Shown here: piece after piece, positions 19,526 to 29,568 of the stretch | Layout of the letters: each line of letters starts with the position of its first letter | Position numbering within the stretch: the stretch's first letter is position 1 | From: an uncultured Pelagibacteraceae bacterium | GTDB lineage: Bacteria; Pseudomonadota; Alphaproteobacteria; Pelagibacterales; Pelagibacteraceae | Length of the DNA: 64,000 bases | Direction: 5' to 3' | NCBI GenBank assembly: GCA_902554745.1 | Contig: CACDQA010000001.1 | Coordinates: forward strand, 13,816 to 77,815 | Program-made: the position numbers and the translations under genes | Notes under the pieces: model-generated | Databases searched by the model: none | The model's input: only the letters and a program-made list of their open reading frames with translations | What the model was told of the DNA's origin: nothing

Positions 19526-19873
19526 TTATTTTTGAAGTTTCTTCCAGTTGGTATTTTTTAATAAAATTCTAAGATCGTAAGAATTTTTTAGTATTTTACC
19601 ACTCGTATCAGTAATCAAATATTTAAGATTTTTATTTTTAGGCTTAAAATTTTTGCAAATTTTATAAAGAGCATTTTCAGTAGCATTTCTAAAAACACTA
19701 AAGCCCACTTGTTTACTTGAAATACTTAAACCGTAATCTTTCCAAGAACCTTCAGAAACCATCTTAGCATATAAGTCTAATATAATTTTTAGCTCATCTT
19801 TTTCAAAAAAATGTTTTTCTTCTATTTTATTATGAGGATTATTTACTACTAATTTTAAATTACTACGCATCAA
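19526..19873 (-). CDS. DUF2794 family protein
   Basis: FEKDELKIILDLYAKMVSEGSWKDY...FSVFR pattern. Confidence 0.8.
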   Translation of the reverse strand: MMRSNLKLVVNNPHNKIEEKHFFEKDELKIILDLYAKMVSEGSWKDYGLSISSKQVGFSVFRNATENALYKICKNFKPKNKNLKYLITDTSGKILKNSYDLRILLKNTNWKKLQK

Positions 19874-20414
19874 TTTTATGTTTATTAATTAATGGTACCT
19901 GAAACCCTGTAAATATTATTGTTATTGGAAGCATCCCCCATACTTTAAAATTAACCCAAAATTCTTCTGTTTGACTTCTCCAAACAATTTCATTTAATAA
20001 AGCAAGACCAAAGAAAAAATACATCCATCGTTTATTAAGAATTTCCCAGCCAATATCAGTTAGAGGAATAGATTTACCCATAATTTTTTTAAGAATAGGT
20101 TCATTGGTAAAATATTTCCCAAAAAATAACGCAAGAGCAAACATAATGTTAATGATAGTTGGTTTAATGTAAATAAATATAGGATCATTAAAGTAGATTG
20201 TTAATCCACCAAAAAAAGTAATTAAAATTCCACTTACCAAAGGCATTGGAGGAATTTTTTTTTCAAAAAACCAAACTACTGCTAATGCAACTAAAGTTGC
20301 AACTATTAGTGGAGGTATTGCTACAGATAAATTTTTACCACTATTATAATAATAGAAAAAAAATATTGCTAAAGGACCGAAATCAGTAACAAATTTTAAA
20401 AAAGATTTATTCAC
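19863..20414 (-). CDS. ispZ: intracellular septation protein A (YciB)
   Basis: DFGPL, FIYIKPTI and LNEIVWR...WVNFKVWG motifs; GTG start. Confidence 0.92.
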   Translation of the reverse strand: MNKSFLKFVTDFGPLAIFFFYYYNSGKNLSVAIPPLIVATLVALAVVWFFEKKIPPMPLVSGILITFFGGLTIYFNDPIFIYIKPTIINIMFALALFFGKYFTNEPILKKIMGKSIPLTDIGWEILNKRWMYFFFGLALLNEIVWRSQTEEFWVNFKVWGMLPITIIFTGFQVPLINKHKIDA

Positions 20415-20466
20415 TTAAAAGATATTAACATATTTGCCACATCACAAAACATTTATATTTTTAGCA

Positions 20467-20494
20467 TTGATTTTTATTTTTAAATACCCATACT
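20467..20494 (+). promoter_or_regulatory. candidate sigma-32 promoter of hspQ
   Basis: TTGA followed by an AT-rich spacer and CCCATAC just upstream of a heat-shock gene; implies a nearly leaderless mRNA. Confidence 0.45.
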
Positions 20495-20501
20495 AAGATC
20501 A

Positions 20502-20822
20502 ATGCCAGTTCAAAAAGCTAAATTTTCAATTGGAGACATTGTAAAGCATAAACACTTTGAATTTAGAGGTGTGATTTATGATGTTGATTTTGAGTTTAAC
20601 AATTCTGAAGAATGGTATCAGTCTATTCCAAAAAATGTTAGACCAAGAAAAGATCAACCATTTTATCACTTATTAGCAGAAAATGATGAGATAACTTATG
20701 AAGCTTATGTTTCAGAGCAAAACTTGCTGATGGATGATTCTGATGAACCAATAAAACACCCTTTAATTGAAGAGATTTTTTCAGGAAAAAAAGGCTCTAG
20801 TTATTTCAAGCTTTCTAATTAA
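20502..20822 (+). CDS. hspQ: heat shock protein HspQ
   Basis: KFSIGDIVKH, RGVIYDVD, QPFYHLLAE and AYVSEQNL motifs. Confidence 0.93.
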   Translation: MPVQKAKFSIGDIVKHKHFEFRGVIYDVDFEFNNSEEWYQSIPKNVRPRKDQPFYHLLAENDEITYEAYVSEQNLLMDDSDEPIKHPLIEEIFSGKKGSSYFKLSN

Positions 20823-20882
20823 GGCAACCATCATTCAACCACATTTAGCTCAAATCTAGGCCATACAAATTAGCTATATTTT

Positions 20883-20960
20883 TAGTATCTTCTGGTCAAG
20901 AGTGTTAAACGTTAATTTCAATCTTATTATCTCCCCTCTACATTCTTGATCAGAAAACTA
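20883..20960 (+). ncRNA. candidate structured RNA: 16-bp stem with a 34-nt loop exposing UCUCCCCUCU
   Basis: 20890-20905 TTCTGGTCAAGAGTGT pairs with 20940-20955 ACATTCTTGATCAGAA; both non-Watson-Crick positions are G-U on + (A-C on -); lies in one of the longest intergenic gaps of the window. Confidence 0.5.
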
Positions 20961-21000
20961 TTTCATAATAGAAATCACCAAAAAAATTCTAAATTAAAAT

Positions 21001-21708
21001 ATGTTTAAACTTTTTGAACCTAACAAGATTTTCAAAATCACGTCAAAAGCACCTAAGTACGTTTTATTTTTGTTTATTGTTGTATTAAGTGTTGGTTTAG
21101 TTGAAGCATTAGTAATATCTCCTGAAGATTACAAACAAAGTGATGCAGTCAGGATTATGTATGTTCACGTTCCTGCCGCCTGGATTTCACTTGGAATTTT
21201 TTCTTCAATAACTTTGTTATCTATTTGTGGTTTTGTATTTAGAAATAAAAACTTTTTTTTAATTTCTAAAAGTTTAGCTCCTTCGGGATTTGTTTTTAAT
21301 ATTATAGCTTTAGTTACAGGGTCAATTTGGGGAAAACCAACTTGGGGAACATGGTGGGCTTGGGATGCAAGAATTACTTCAATGCTAATTTTAGCTTTGT
21401 TCTATGCAATGTATTTAATAGTATGGAGAATTTATGATAAGGAAGAAAAAGTCTATAAGATTTCAACTTTTATAACTATTTTAGGAATTATTAATGTTCC
21501 AATTATAAAGTACTCAGTTGATTGGTGGAATACACTTCATCAACCCGCATCTATTAATATTTTGTCAAAAAGCTCAATTCATTCATCAATGCTTTACCCA
21601 TTATTGATAATGACTGCGGCATTTGCTCTTTTTTCATTGTTAATTTTCTTAATGAAATATAATACAGAACTGATAAAAATTAAAAATAAAGGCTTAGATA
21701 GATTATGA
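21001..21708 (+). CDS. ccmC: heme exporter CcmC
   Basis: YVHVP, WGKPTWGTWWAWDAR and WWNTLHQ motifs. Confidence 0.96.
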   Translation: MFKLFEPNKIFKITSKAPKYVLFLFIVVLSVGLVEALVISPEDYKQSDAVRIMYVHVPAAWISLGIFSSITLLSICGFVFRNKNFFLISKSLAPSGFVFNIIALVTGSIWGKPTWGTWWAWDARITSMLILALFYAMYLIVWRIYDKEEKVYKISTFITILGIINVPIIKYSVDWWNTLHQPASINILSKSSIHSSMLYPLLIMTAAFALFSLLIFLMKYNTELIKIKNKGLDRL

Positions 21709-21932
21709 TAAATGAATTACTTTTTATGAATGGATATGCGGTGTACGTGTTATCTGCTTTTAGCTTTACCTTATTAAGTTTCCTAGGTTTATATTTGGTA
21801 ACTAAAATGCAATTTGTTAAAGAACAAAACAAATTTGTTGCTAAATTTGGATCACTTACTGCTGAGCAAGCTAATTCTGCAAAATCACAAAGAATAAATA
21901 AAGAAATTTTAGCAAACGTAACAAATAATTAA
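21705..21932 (+). CDS. ccmD: heme exporter CcmD
   Basis: MNGYAVYV plus one TM helix, between ccmC and ccmE. Confidence 0.8.
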   Translation: MINELLFMNGYAVYVLSAFSFTLLSFLGLYLVTKMQFVKEQNKFVAKFGSLTAEQANSAKSQRINKEILANVTNN

Positions 21933-21942
21933 CTTTTAAACC

Positions 21943-22362
21943 ATGTATGGTCGAAAAGTTAAATTAAGATTTCTGTTTGTAGTAATAATCTTAATTACTT
22001 TAATTCTAACAACATTTTTGATTTTAAAATCATTAGAGGAAAATGTTGTATATTTTCAATCTCCCTCTGAAATAAAATCACTTTCTGAAATAGATAAAAG
22101 CAAAATAAGAGTTGGAGGAATGGTTAAAAAAAACTCTATTTCCATAAGTTCAAATGAAGTTAACTTTATAATTACAGACTTTAAAAATGAAATAAATGTT
22201 ACTTACTCTGGAGCGGTACCAAATTTATTTGCTGAAGAAAAAGGTGTTGTTGCAGAAGGTTTTTTGAAAGATAGAAACTTTTTCTCTGCAACAAAAATTT
22301 TAGCGAAGCATGATGAAAATTATATGCCTCCGGAAGTAAAAGAAGCATTAGGAGAAAAATAA
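21943..22362 (+). CDS. ccmE: heme chaperone CcmE
   Basis: IRVGGMV and [13 protein letters not shown] motifs. Confidence 0.96.
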   Translation: MYGRKVKLRFLFVVIILITLILTTFLILKSLEENVVYFQSPSEIKSLSEIDKSKIRVGGMVKKNSISISSNEVNFIITDFKNEINVTYSGAVPNLFAEEKGVVAEGFLKDRNFFSATKILAKHDENYMPPEVKEALGEK

Positions 22363-22363
22363 A

Positions 22364-24238
22364 TTGATCTATAATCTTATTGGATATTACTCATTAGTAA
22401 TAGGATTTATTATTGGATTATCACTATTTTATTTTTCATATAAAAATTTTAATAACTCAAACACTTTAGATACCAAAATATTATCATTTACATTTTTACA
22501 ATTATTTTTTGTTGTCATTAGTTTTTTGTGTTTGATTTTTTCTTTTGTTATTTCGGATTTTAGTAATGAAACAGTATTTAATAATTCTCACACTACCAAA
22601 CCATTATTTTATAAAATAAGTGGAACTTGGGGAAATCATGAAGGTAGTTTATTATTATGGCTACTCGTTTTAACGTTATTTATTTTCTTATTTTTAGTAA
22701 GAACTAAAAATCAACCAGTAAAATACAAAATTTTAACTTTAGTCTTTCAACAAATAATAATTGTTGGTTTCTTTTTATTTTTAATCAAAACATCAAATCC
22801 ATTTAATTATATTTTTCCAATACCTACCGAAGGTCTTGGATTAAACCCAATTTTACAAGACCCTGCTTTAGCAATTCATCCACCTGTTTTATATTTAGGC
22901 TATGTTGGTTCTTCAATTATTTTTTCATCTGTTTTGGCAGCAACAAGTTTAAAAATTATTTCTACTAGTTGGGCATCCCATATAAAAAAATGGATCTTAA
23001 TTTCATGGATATTTTTAACTTTAGGAATACTGCTTGGATCAATTTGGGCTTATTACGAATTGGGCTGGGGAGGTTTTTGGTTTTGGGATCCAGTTGAGAA
23101 TGTTTCTCTAATGCCGTGGCTTGCATTAACCACTCTTTTACATTGTATTTTAGTATTAGAAAAAAAATCTATTTTAACTTCATGGGTAATAATTCTTTCT
23201 ATTGCAACATTTACATTAAGCATGTGTGGAACATTTTTAGTAAGATCAGGAATATTAAATTCAGTTCATACATTTGCTAATGATCCTGAAAGGGGTTTAT
23301 TTATTCTTGTTTTTCTATTCATTTTGATTTTTTTATCTATTTTAATTTTTTTCTTTTTTCATAAAGATAATGACAGAAAATCTCATGGCTTTTTTTGGTT
23401 GAGCAAAGAAACTTCAATATTAATTAATAACTGGTTCATGATGTATTTTTTATCAGTTGTATTAATAGGTACCGTTTATCCAATTTTTTTAGATGTAATT
23501 TCTTCTCAAAAAATATCTGTTGGACCACCATTTTATCATAAATTGATAATTCCATTTTTAATTCCATTTTTACTTATGATGGCGATAGGTCCAAAATTAA
23601 AATGGATCAAATCTCAACTAGAAGATAAGATTTATTTAATCTCTTTTTTGATTATCTCAATTTTATTAGCATTTTTAGTATTAAAAAATTTTAATCAAAA
23701 TATTTTAATAAATACAATTTTGATATCGAGTGCGCTTTATTTATTCTTTATTACCTTGCGAGATTTTTTTGTAAAAAAATATAAAAATATTTCACAAAAT
23801 ATTGCTCATTTTGGATTTAGTTTATTGATCCTAAGTATCTTGTTTAACAATATATTTGCAAGCGAAATTATAACAAATCTAAAGGTTGGTGAAACTTTTG
23901 AAAATTCGAAAACTAAGATAGTTTTTGAAAGTGTTGATCAGAAAAAAGAAAAAAATTATAATGCTATTATTGCAAATTTTTCTATAAGTAATTTAAATGG
24001 TGAAGAGGATAGATTTTCGCCGGAGCTGAGAATTTATAATCAACCTGTCATTGCCACAAGTGAAGCTGATATTAAAACAACACTTATGTCAGATAAATTT
24101 ATTGTAATTAATCTTGTTCAAAATCAAGATTTTTTCAACGTAAGATATCAAGTTAAACCATTTATGTTATGGATCTGGTTATCAGTAATTTTAATATCTT
24201 TTGCTGGCATCGTTAGCTTTTTACAAAAAAGATCATGA
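22364..24238 (+). CDS. ccmF: heme lyase CcmF
   Basis: WGNHEGS, LNPILQ, HPP, WAYYELGWGGFWFWDPVEN and SVHTF motifs; TTG start. Confidence 0.96.
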   Translation: MIYNLIGYYSLVIGFIIGLSLFYFSYKNFNNSNTLDTKILSFTFLQLFFVVISFLCLIFSFVISDFSNETVFNNSHTTKPLFYKISGTWGNHEGSLLLWLLVLTLFIFLFLVRTKNQPVKYKILTLVFQQIIIVGFFLFLIKTSNPFNYIFPIPTEGLGLNPILQDPALAIHPPVLYLGYVGSSIIFSSVLAATSLKIISTSWASHIKKWILISWIFLTLGILLGSIWAYYELGWGGFWFWDPVENVSLMPWLALTTLLHCILVLEKKSILTSWVIILSIATFTLSMCGTFLVRSGILNSVHTFANDPERGLFILVFLFILIFLSILIFFFFHKDNDRKSHGFFWLSKETSILINNWFMMYFLSVVLIGTVYPIFLDVISSQKISVGPPFYHKLIIPFLIPFLLMMAIGPKLKWIKSQLEDKIYLISFLIISILLAFLVLKNFNQNILINTILISSALYLFFITLRDFFVKKYKNISQNIAHFGFSLLILSILFNNIFASEIITNLKVGETFENSKTKIVFESVDQKKEKNYNAIIANFSISNLNGEEDRFSPELRIYNQPVIATSEADIKTTLMSDKFIVINLVQNQDFFNVRYQVKPFMLWIWLSVILISFAGIVSFLQKRS

Positions 24239-24753
24239 AAAATAAAATATTACCTTTTTCAGTTATTATTATTTTTGGAATAATATTTTTTATTTTTTAC
24301 AAAGGTTTAGAAGACACAAAAATATACACTCCAGATGTTAATACAAAAAAAGAGATACCAGTGTTTAATACTAAAGAATTTTTTTCTGGAGAAAATGTGA
24401 AATCATTAAGTATCTTTGAGGTAGATAAGGTTTATTTATTAAATATTTGGTCATCTTGGTGTGTGCCATGTCGACAAGAGCATCCTCTTTTGATGAATTT
24501 GAATTTAGAGAATAAATTAAATATTATTGGGATGAATTATAAAGATAATTTAAAAAATGCGGAAAATTTTTTAAAAGAACTAGGAAACCCTTATAAAGAA
24601 ATCTTTATTGATTTAGATGGTACAATTGCAATTGAGTGGGGAGCATATGGGGTCCCTGAATCATTTTTAATTTATAATAATAAAATTATTAAAAAATATA
24701 TTGGACCTCTTAACCAAGAATTAGTTGATGAAATTAATTTATTGATAAAATGA
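24235..24753 (+). CDS. ccmG: thiol:disulfide interchange protein CcmG/DsbE
   Basis: WSSWCVPCRQEHP and YGVPESF motifs. Confidence 0.93.
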   Translation: MKNKILPFSVIIIFGIIFFIFYKGLEDTKIYTPDVNTKKEIPVFNTKEFFSGENVKSLSIFEVDKVYLLNIWSSWCVPCRQEHPLLMNLNLENKLNIIGMNYKDNLKNAENFLKELGNPYKEIFIDLDGTIAIEWGAYGVPESFLIYNNKIIKKYIGPLNQELVDEINLLIK

Positions 24754-25112
24754 AATTTTTAAAATTTTTTTTAATTGTTATAATATTATTCCCCTTAAGT
24801 ATTGTTAATGCTGAAGAGAACGATAAAAGAAATAAAATAACTAAAAATTTACGATGTCTTATATGTCAAGGTCAATCGGTTTACGATTCAGACTCTGAAT
24901 TTGCAAACAGTTTAAAAATTGTAGTTGATAAAAAGCTTCAAGAAGGTCTTTCTGAAGATCAAATTTATGAGTATTTTAAAACTAAATATGGGGAATGGAT
25001 ACTTTACGATCCTGGTTTAAATAAAAACACATATATTCTTTGGTTATTGCCGATATTGATATTTTTAATCGGAGGTGCAATAATCTACAAAACCTTTATA
25101 GTTAAAAAATAA
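24750..25112 (+). CDS. ccmH: cytochrome c biogenesis protein CcmH
   Basis: LRCLICQGQSV and YGEWILYDP motifs. Confidence 0.93.
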   Translation: MKFLKFFLIVIILFPLSIVNAEENDKRNKITKNLRCLICQGQSVYDSDSEFANSLKIVVDKKLQEGLSEDQIYEYFKTKYGEWILYDPGLNKNTYILWLLPILIFLIGGAIIYKTFIVKK

Positions 25113-25123
25113 ATTAATTAGTT

Positions 25124-25636
25124 ATGAATTTAAAAAAATTTTTAATCAATCTGTTAATGATCACGTTTGCCTTTTCTTCAATTGCAGAGGAAAAAATTTT
25201 AAAAGATCAAAATACAGAATACAGCGTTTACACAGGAATGTTTGATTTTAGTGATGACGGAAAAAAATCAACTTTAATTGGCTTTCAACATCAGAATGAA
25301 AATTTAAATAGAGATACTTTTTTAGGAAATCTTTCTCCTATTACTGGATTTTTATTCACAGCTGATAATGCAGGATATTTTTATACGGGTGTTCAAGCTC
25401 AATATAAATTAGGAGCATTAAATTTAACTCCTAGCTTTACACCGGGAATATATCATGAGGGAGATGGTAAAGACTTAGGCCATTTAATTGAATTTAAAAG
25501 TGAGTTACAACTTTCACTTGATCTGTCAAAAACAAGTGAATTAGGTTTTTCCTACAATCATATATCTAATGCAAGTCTAGGAGATAAAAATCCTGGGGCA
25601 AATAGTTATATGTTTAATTTCTTCAAAAACTTTTAA
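25124..25636 (+). CDS. PagL-like acyloxyacyl hydrolase (outer-membrane beta-barrel)
   Basis: Signal peptide, HISNASLGDKNPG motif, C-terminal Phe. Confidence 0.78.
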   Translation: MNLKKFLINLLMITFAFSSIAEEKILKDQNTEYSVYTGMFDFSDDGKKSTLIGFQHQNENLNRDTFLGNLSPITGFLFTADNAGYFYTGVQAQYKLGALNLTPSFTPGIYHEGDGKDLGHLIEFKSELQLSLDLSKTSELGFSYNHISNASLGDKNPGANSYMFNFFKNF

Positions 25637-25648
25637 TAAAGATACACC

Positions 25649-26800
25649 ATGAATATCAATGACTGTTATAATTTTGAAGATTTTAGAAAATTAGCTAAAA
25701 AAAAATTACCAGCTCCTATTTTTCATTATATTGATGGTGGAGCAGATGATGAAATTACATTAAATAGAAATACAGATGCTTTTAATGATTGTGACTTAGT
25801 CCCAAATATTCTTAACAGTGTTGGTGAGCCAGATTTATCAACTACTGTCTTTGGTAGAAAAATTAGTATGCCATTATTTTTGTCTCCTACGGCAATGCAA
25901 AGTTTATATGACCCTGATGGGGATAAAGCTTCTGCTAGAGCTGCAGAGAAGTTTGATACAATTTACAGCATGTCTACAATGGCATCTTTTTCAATTGAAG
26001 AGGTTGCAAATGTTTCTAGTGGTCCTAAACTTTTTCAACTTTATATTCACAAAGATAAATCAATTACTGATGATTTAATTGAAAGATGCAGTAGAGCTAA
26101 TTTTGATGGAATGTGTATTACTGTTGATACACTTGTTGCTGGAAACCGAGAAAGAGATCACAGAACAGGATTTACTACACCACCTAAATTTACTTTGGAT
26201 AGTTTATTGAGTTTTGCAATGAGACCTGGATGGGTTTTCAAATACTTTACTAATAAAAAATTTGAATTAGCAAACATTAAAAATAAAACAGATAAAGGCA
26301 CCAATATTGCAAAATCAGTTATGGATTATATTAATGAACAATATGATCCAGCAATGAATTGGAAAGATGCAGAATATTGTATAAAAAAATGGAATAAGCC
26401 TATGGCATTAAAAGGTGTAATGTCAGTAGAAGATGCCAAAAGAGCAATAGATATTGGTTGTACAGCAATCATGATTTCAAATCATGGAGGAAGACAACTT
26501 GATGGATCGAGATCTCCATTTGATCAAGTTAAAGCAATTTCAGATGCAGTTGGTGATAAATTAGAAATTATCCTTGATGGTGGTGTAAGAAGAGGAACAC
26601 ATGTTCTTAAAGCTCTAGCTGCTGGAGCAACAGCTTGCAGTTTTGGAAAAGCATTTCTTTTTAGTCTAGGCGCAGGCGGACAAAAAGGTGTTGAGAGACT
26701 TTTAGAAAATATGCAAAAAGAAATTAGAAGAAATATGATTTTAATGGGTTGTAAGTCTGTTAAAGATCTTGATGCGTCAAAAATAATATATAGAGACTAA
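25649..26800 (+). CDS. lldD: FMN-dependent alpha-hydroxy acid dehydrogenase (LldD-like)
   Basis: YIDGGA, FQLY, GNRERD, SNHGGRQLD and DGGVRRG motifs. Confidence 0.88.
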   Translation: MNINDCYNFEDFRKLAKKKLPAPIFHYIDGGADDEITLNRNTDAFNDCDLVPNILNSVGEPDLSTTVFGRKISMPLFLSPTAMQSLYDPDGDKASARAAEKFDTIYSMSTMASFSIEEVANVSSGPKLFQLYIHKDKSITDDLIERCSRANFDGMCITVDTLVAGNRERDHRTGFTTPPKFTLDSLLSFAMRPGWVFKYFTNKKFELANIKNKTDKGTNIAKSVMDYINEQYDPAMNWKDAEYCIKKWNKPMALKGVMSVEDAKRAIDIGCTAIMISNHGGRQLDGSRSPFDQVKAISDAVGDKLEIILDGGVRRGTHVLKALAAGATACSFGKAFLFSLGAGGQKGVERLLENMQKEIRRNMILMGCKSVKDLDASKIIYRD

Positions 26801-26904
26801 AATATAAGAATTTTAAGCATTTATTTGATAAATTAATCTTTCGAACTAAATAGACAAAAAACTAATTTTCGTTTAGTTTGTCGATTTTAATTTTTTAAAT
26901 TGTT

Positions 26905-28068
26905 ATGGAACTTGCAAAATCTTTAAATAGACTTGGAACTGAAAGCGCTTTTTCTGTTTTAGCTGAAGCAAAAAAACTTGAAGCACAAGGTAAACCTATG
27001 ATTCACTTAGGTCTAGGTCAACCTGATTTCAAAACTCCAAAGCACGTTGTCGAAGCAGCAAAAAAAGCTTTAGATGATGGTCATCACGGATACGTGCTTT
27101 CAAATGGAATTTTAGAATGTAGACAATCAGTTACTAGATGGATTAAGAAAAGATATAATGCAGACGTAGATCCTGAAAGAATTATTATTATGCCAGGTGG
27201 AAAACCAACAATGCATTATGCAATTCAGTGTTTTGGTGAGCCAGGAGCGGAGATAATTCATCCAACTCCAGCTTTCCCTATTTATGAATCTATGATTAAT
27301 TATACTGGTTCTACAGCGGTACCTTACGATCTTACTGAAGATAAAGATTTAAAGTTTAGTGCAGATAAAATTTTATCTCTTATTACTGACAAAACTAGAT
27401 TATTAATTTTAATAAATCCAAACAACCCAACAGGAAGTTTTGTAGAAAAATCAGAAATAGACAAATTGGCTGAGGGTTTAAAAAAACATCCTAATGTGAC
27501 TATTTTAAGTGATGAAATTTATAGTAGACAAATTTTCGATGATAAGGAAATGCCAACATTCTTTAACTATCCTGAATTAAGAGAAAGATTAATAGTTTTG
27601 GAAGGTTGGAGTAAAGCTTACTCAATGACAGGTTGGAGACTTGGATGGAGTTTTTGGCCAGAAAATTTAGTTGAGCATGTAAATAAACTATTAATTAATA
27701 GTGTCTCATGTGTTAATGCTGCTGCTCAATTTGCAGGTATCGCAGCTTTAGATGGACCTGATGACTCAATTGATGAGATGATGGAAAAATTTACTTTAAG
27801 AAGAAAATTAATTCACGAAGGTTTAAATAGTTTACCAGGTGTAGAATGCAGTTTACCTGGTGGAGCATTTTATGCATTCCCTAAAGTTATTGGAACTGGA
27901 ATGGATGGAAGTGAATTCTGTAAAAGAGCTATGCATGAGGCGGGTGTTGCTATAGTCCCAGGTACAGCTTTTGGAAAAACGTGCAAAGATTACGTCAGAT
28001 TTAGCTTTGCAGCCTCTCGAGATAACATTTCTAACGCATTGGAAAATATCAAAAAAATGTTAGGCTAA
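26905..28068 (+). CDS. class I PLP aminotransferase (AspC-like; candidate glyoxylate aminotransferase)
   Basis: GQPDF, NPNNPTG, SDEIY and SKAYSMTGWRLG motifs; directly upstream of glcD. Confidence 0.88.
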   Translation: MELAKSLNRLGTESAFSVLAEAKKLEAQGKPMIHLGLGQPDFKTPKHVVEAAKKALDDGHHGYVLSNGILECRQSVTRWIKKRYNADVDPERIIIMPGGKPTMHYAIQCFGEPGAEIIHPTPAFPIYESMINYTGSTAVPYDLTEDKDLKFSADKILSLITDKTRLLILINPNNPTGSFVEKSEIDKLAEGLKKHPNVTILSDEIYSRQIFDDKEMPTFFNYPELRERLIVLEGWSKAYSMTGWRLGWSFWPENLVEHVNKLLINSVSCVNAAAQFAGIAALDGPDDSIDEMMEKFTLRRKLIHEGLNSLPGVECSLPGGAFYAFPKVIGTGMDGSEFCKRAMHEAGVAIVPGTAFGKTCKDYVRFSFAASRDNISNALENIKKMLG

Positions 28069-28071
28069 GCC

Positions 28072-29568
28072 ATGTCTGAAATAGCTTTGCCAAAAGTTGA
28101 TAAAACAATAGTCAGTAAAAAAGACTTGATTGTTAATAATCTAAAACAATTTACCGATAAAAAAAATGTTTTAAGTGAATTAGATGAAATAAGACCTTAC
28201 GAAACAGATGCACTTGCTGCGTATAAAAATTTACCTTTAGCTGTTGTGCTTCCTGAAAATACTCAGGAAGTTAGTGAGATATTAAAGTTTTGTCATAAAG
28301 AAAATATTAAAGTTATTCCGAGAGGAGCTGGAACTGGCCTTTCAGGTGGAGCTCTTCCATTAAATGATGCAATTTTATTAGGACTAGGAAAATTTAATAA
28401 GATTTTAGATATAGATTTTGATAACAAGTGTGTTGTTACTCAACCGGGTGTTACAAATTTATCAATTACTCATGCTGTTAAGCATAAAGGATATTATTAT
28501 GCTCCAGATCCTTCAAGTCAGTTAGCTTGCTCAATAGGTGGAAATGTTGCTGAAAACTCTGGAGGTGTTCATTCATTAAAATACGGAACCACAACAAATA
28601 ACATTTTAGGAGTTGAGATGGTTATGATGGATGGAACTATTTGTAGAATAGGTGGAAAAACTTTAGATCAAGAGGGATACGATTTATTAGGACTAATCTG
28701 TGGATCTGAAGGATTGTTAGGCGTGATTACAGAAGTAACAGTTAAAATTTTAAAAAATCCACAAACTGTTAAAGCTGCTTTAATTGGTTTTCCAACAATT
28801 GAAGACGGAGGGAATTGTGTAACGGATATTATCTCAAATGGAATTACACCAGCAGGTATGGAAATAATGGACAAAGCATTAATTGATGCAACAGAGAAAT
28901 TTGTTCATGCAGGTTATCCCATGGATGCTGAAGTTTTAATGATTGTTGAACTTGATGGAACGAAATCAGAGGTGGAAGAATTGTTTAAACAAATAAAACA
29001 AATAGCAGAAAAAAATAAATCAAATAGCTTTAAGTTAAGTAAAAATGAAAAAGAAAGATTAGGATTTTGGTCAGGAAGAAAAGCAGCTTTTCCCGCATGT
29101 GGAGCAATGGCGCCTGATTATTATTGTATGGATGGAACAATTCCGAGAGGAAAGCTTTCAGAAATTCTTAAAGAGATAAGTAGATTATCGAAGAAATATA
29201 ATTTGGGAGTAGCAAATGGTTTTCATGCTGGAGATGGTAATTTACATCCATTAATTCTTTTTGATGGAAGCAATAAAGAGGAACTTAGAAGAACAGAGGA
29301 ATTTGGTGCCGAAATTCTTAAAGCTTGTGTCAGAATGGGTGGGGCATTGTCTGGTGAACATGGGATAGGAATCGAAAAAAGAGAGTTAATGTGTGAAGCA
29401 TTTAATGACAACGATATTCAGCAACAAATAAATATTAAAATGTCATTAGATGAAAAAAATCTTTTAAATCCCGGAAAGGTTTATCCAATATTAAGAAAAT
29501 GTGCGGAGGAAGGAAGAGTTCATGTTCACAGAGGAGAAGAAAAATTCCCAGATCTTCCAAGATTCTAA
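28072..29568 (+). CDS. glcD: glycolate oxidase subunit GlcD
   Basis: RGAGTGLSGGA, PDPSSQ, HAGDGNLHP and GEHGIGIEK motifs. Confidence 0.93.
   Translation: MSEIALPKVDKTIVSKKDLIVNNLKQFTDKKNVLSELDEIRPYETDALAAYKNLPLAVVLPENTQEVSEILKFCHKENIKVIPRGAGTGLSGGALPLNDAILLGLGKFNKILDIDFDNKCVVTQPGVTNLSITHAVKHKGYYYAPDPSSQLACSIGGNVAENSGGVHSLKYGTTTNNILGVEMVMMDGTICRIGGKTLDQEGYDLLGLICGSEGLLGVITEVTVKILKNPQTVKAALIGFPTIEDGGNCVTDIISNGITPAGMEIMDKALIDATEKFVHAGYPMDAEVLMIVELDGTKSEVEELFKQIKQIAEKNKSNSFKLSKNEKERLGFWSGRKAAFPACGAMAPDYYCMDGTIPRGKLSEILKEISRLSKKYNLGVANGFHAGDGNLHPLILFDGSNKEELRRTEEFGAEILKACVRMGGALSGEHGIGIEKRELMCEAFNDNDIQQQINIKMSLDEKNLLNPGKVYPILRKCAEEGRVHVHRGEEKFPDLPRF

Noticed and set aside
20823-21000. 6S RNA or a known riboswitch
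   Set aside because: A single stem with a large terminal loop, not the stem-bubble-stem of 6S; no glycine, SAM or TPP consensus recognised
26841-26883. AACTAAA...TTTAGTT inverted repeat upstream of the aminotransferase gene
   Set aside because: Short and AT-rich, so expected by chance; it overlaps a possible TAGACA-N17-TAGTTT promoter but is too weak to call
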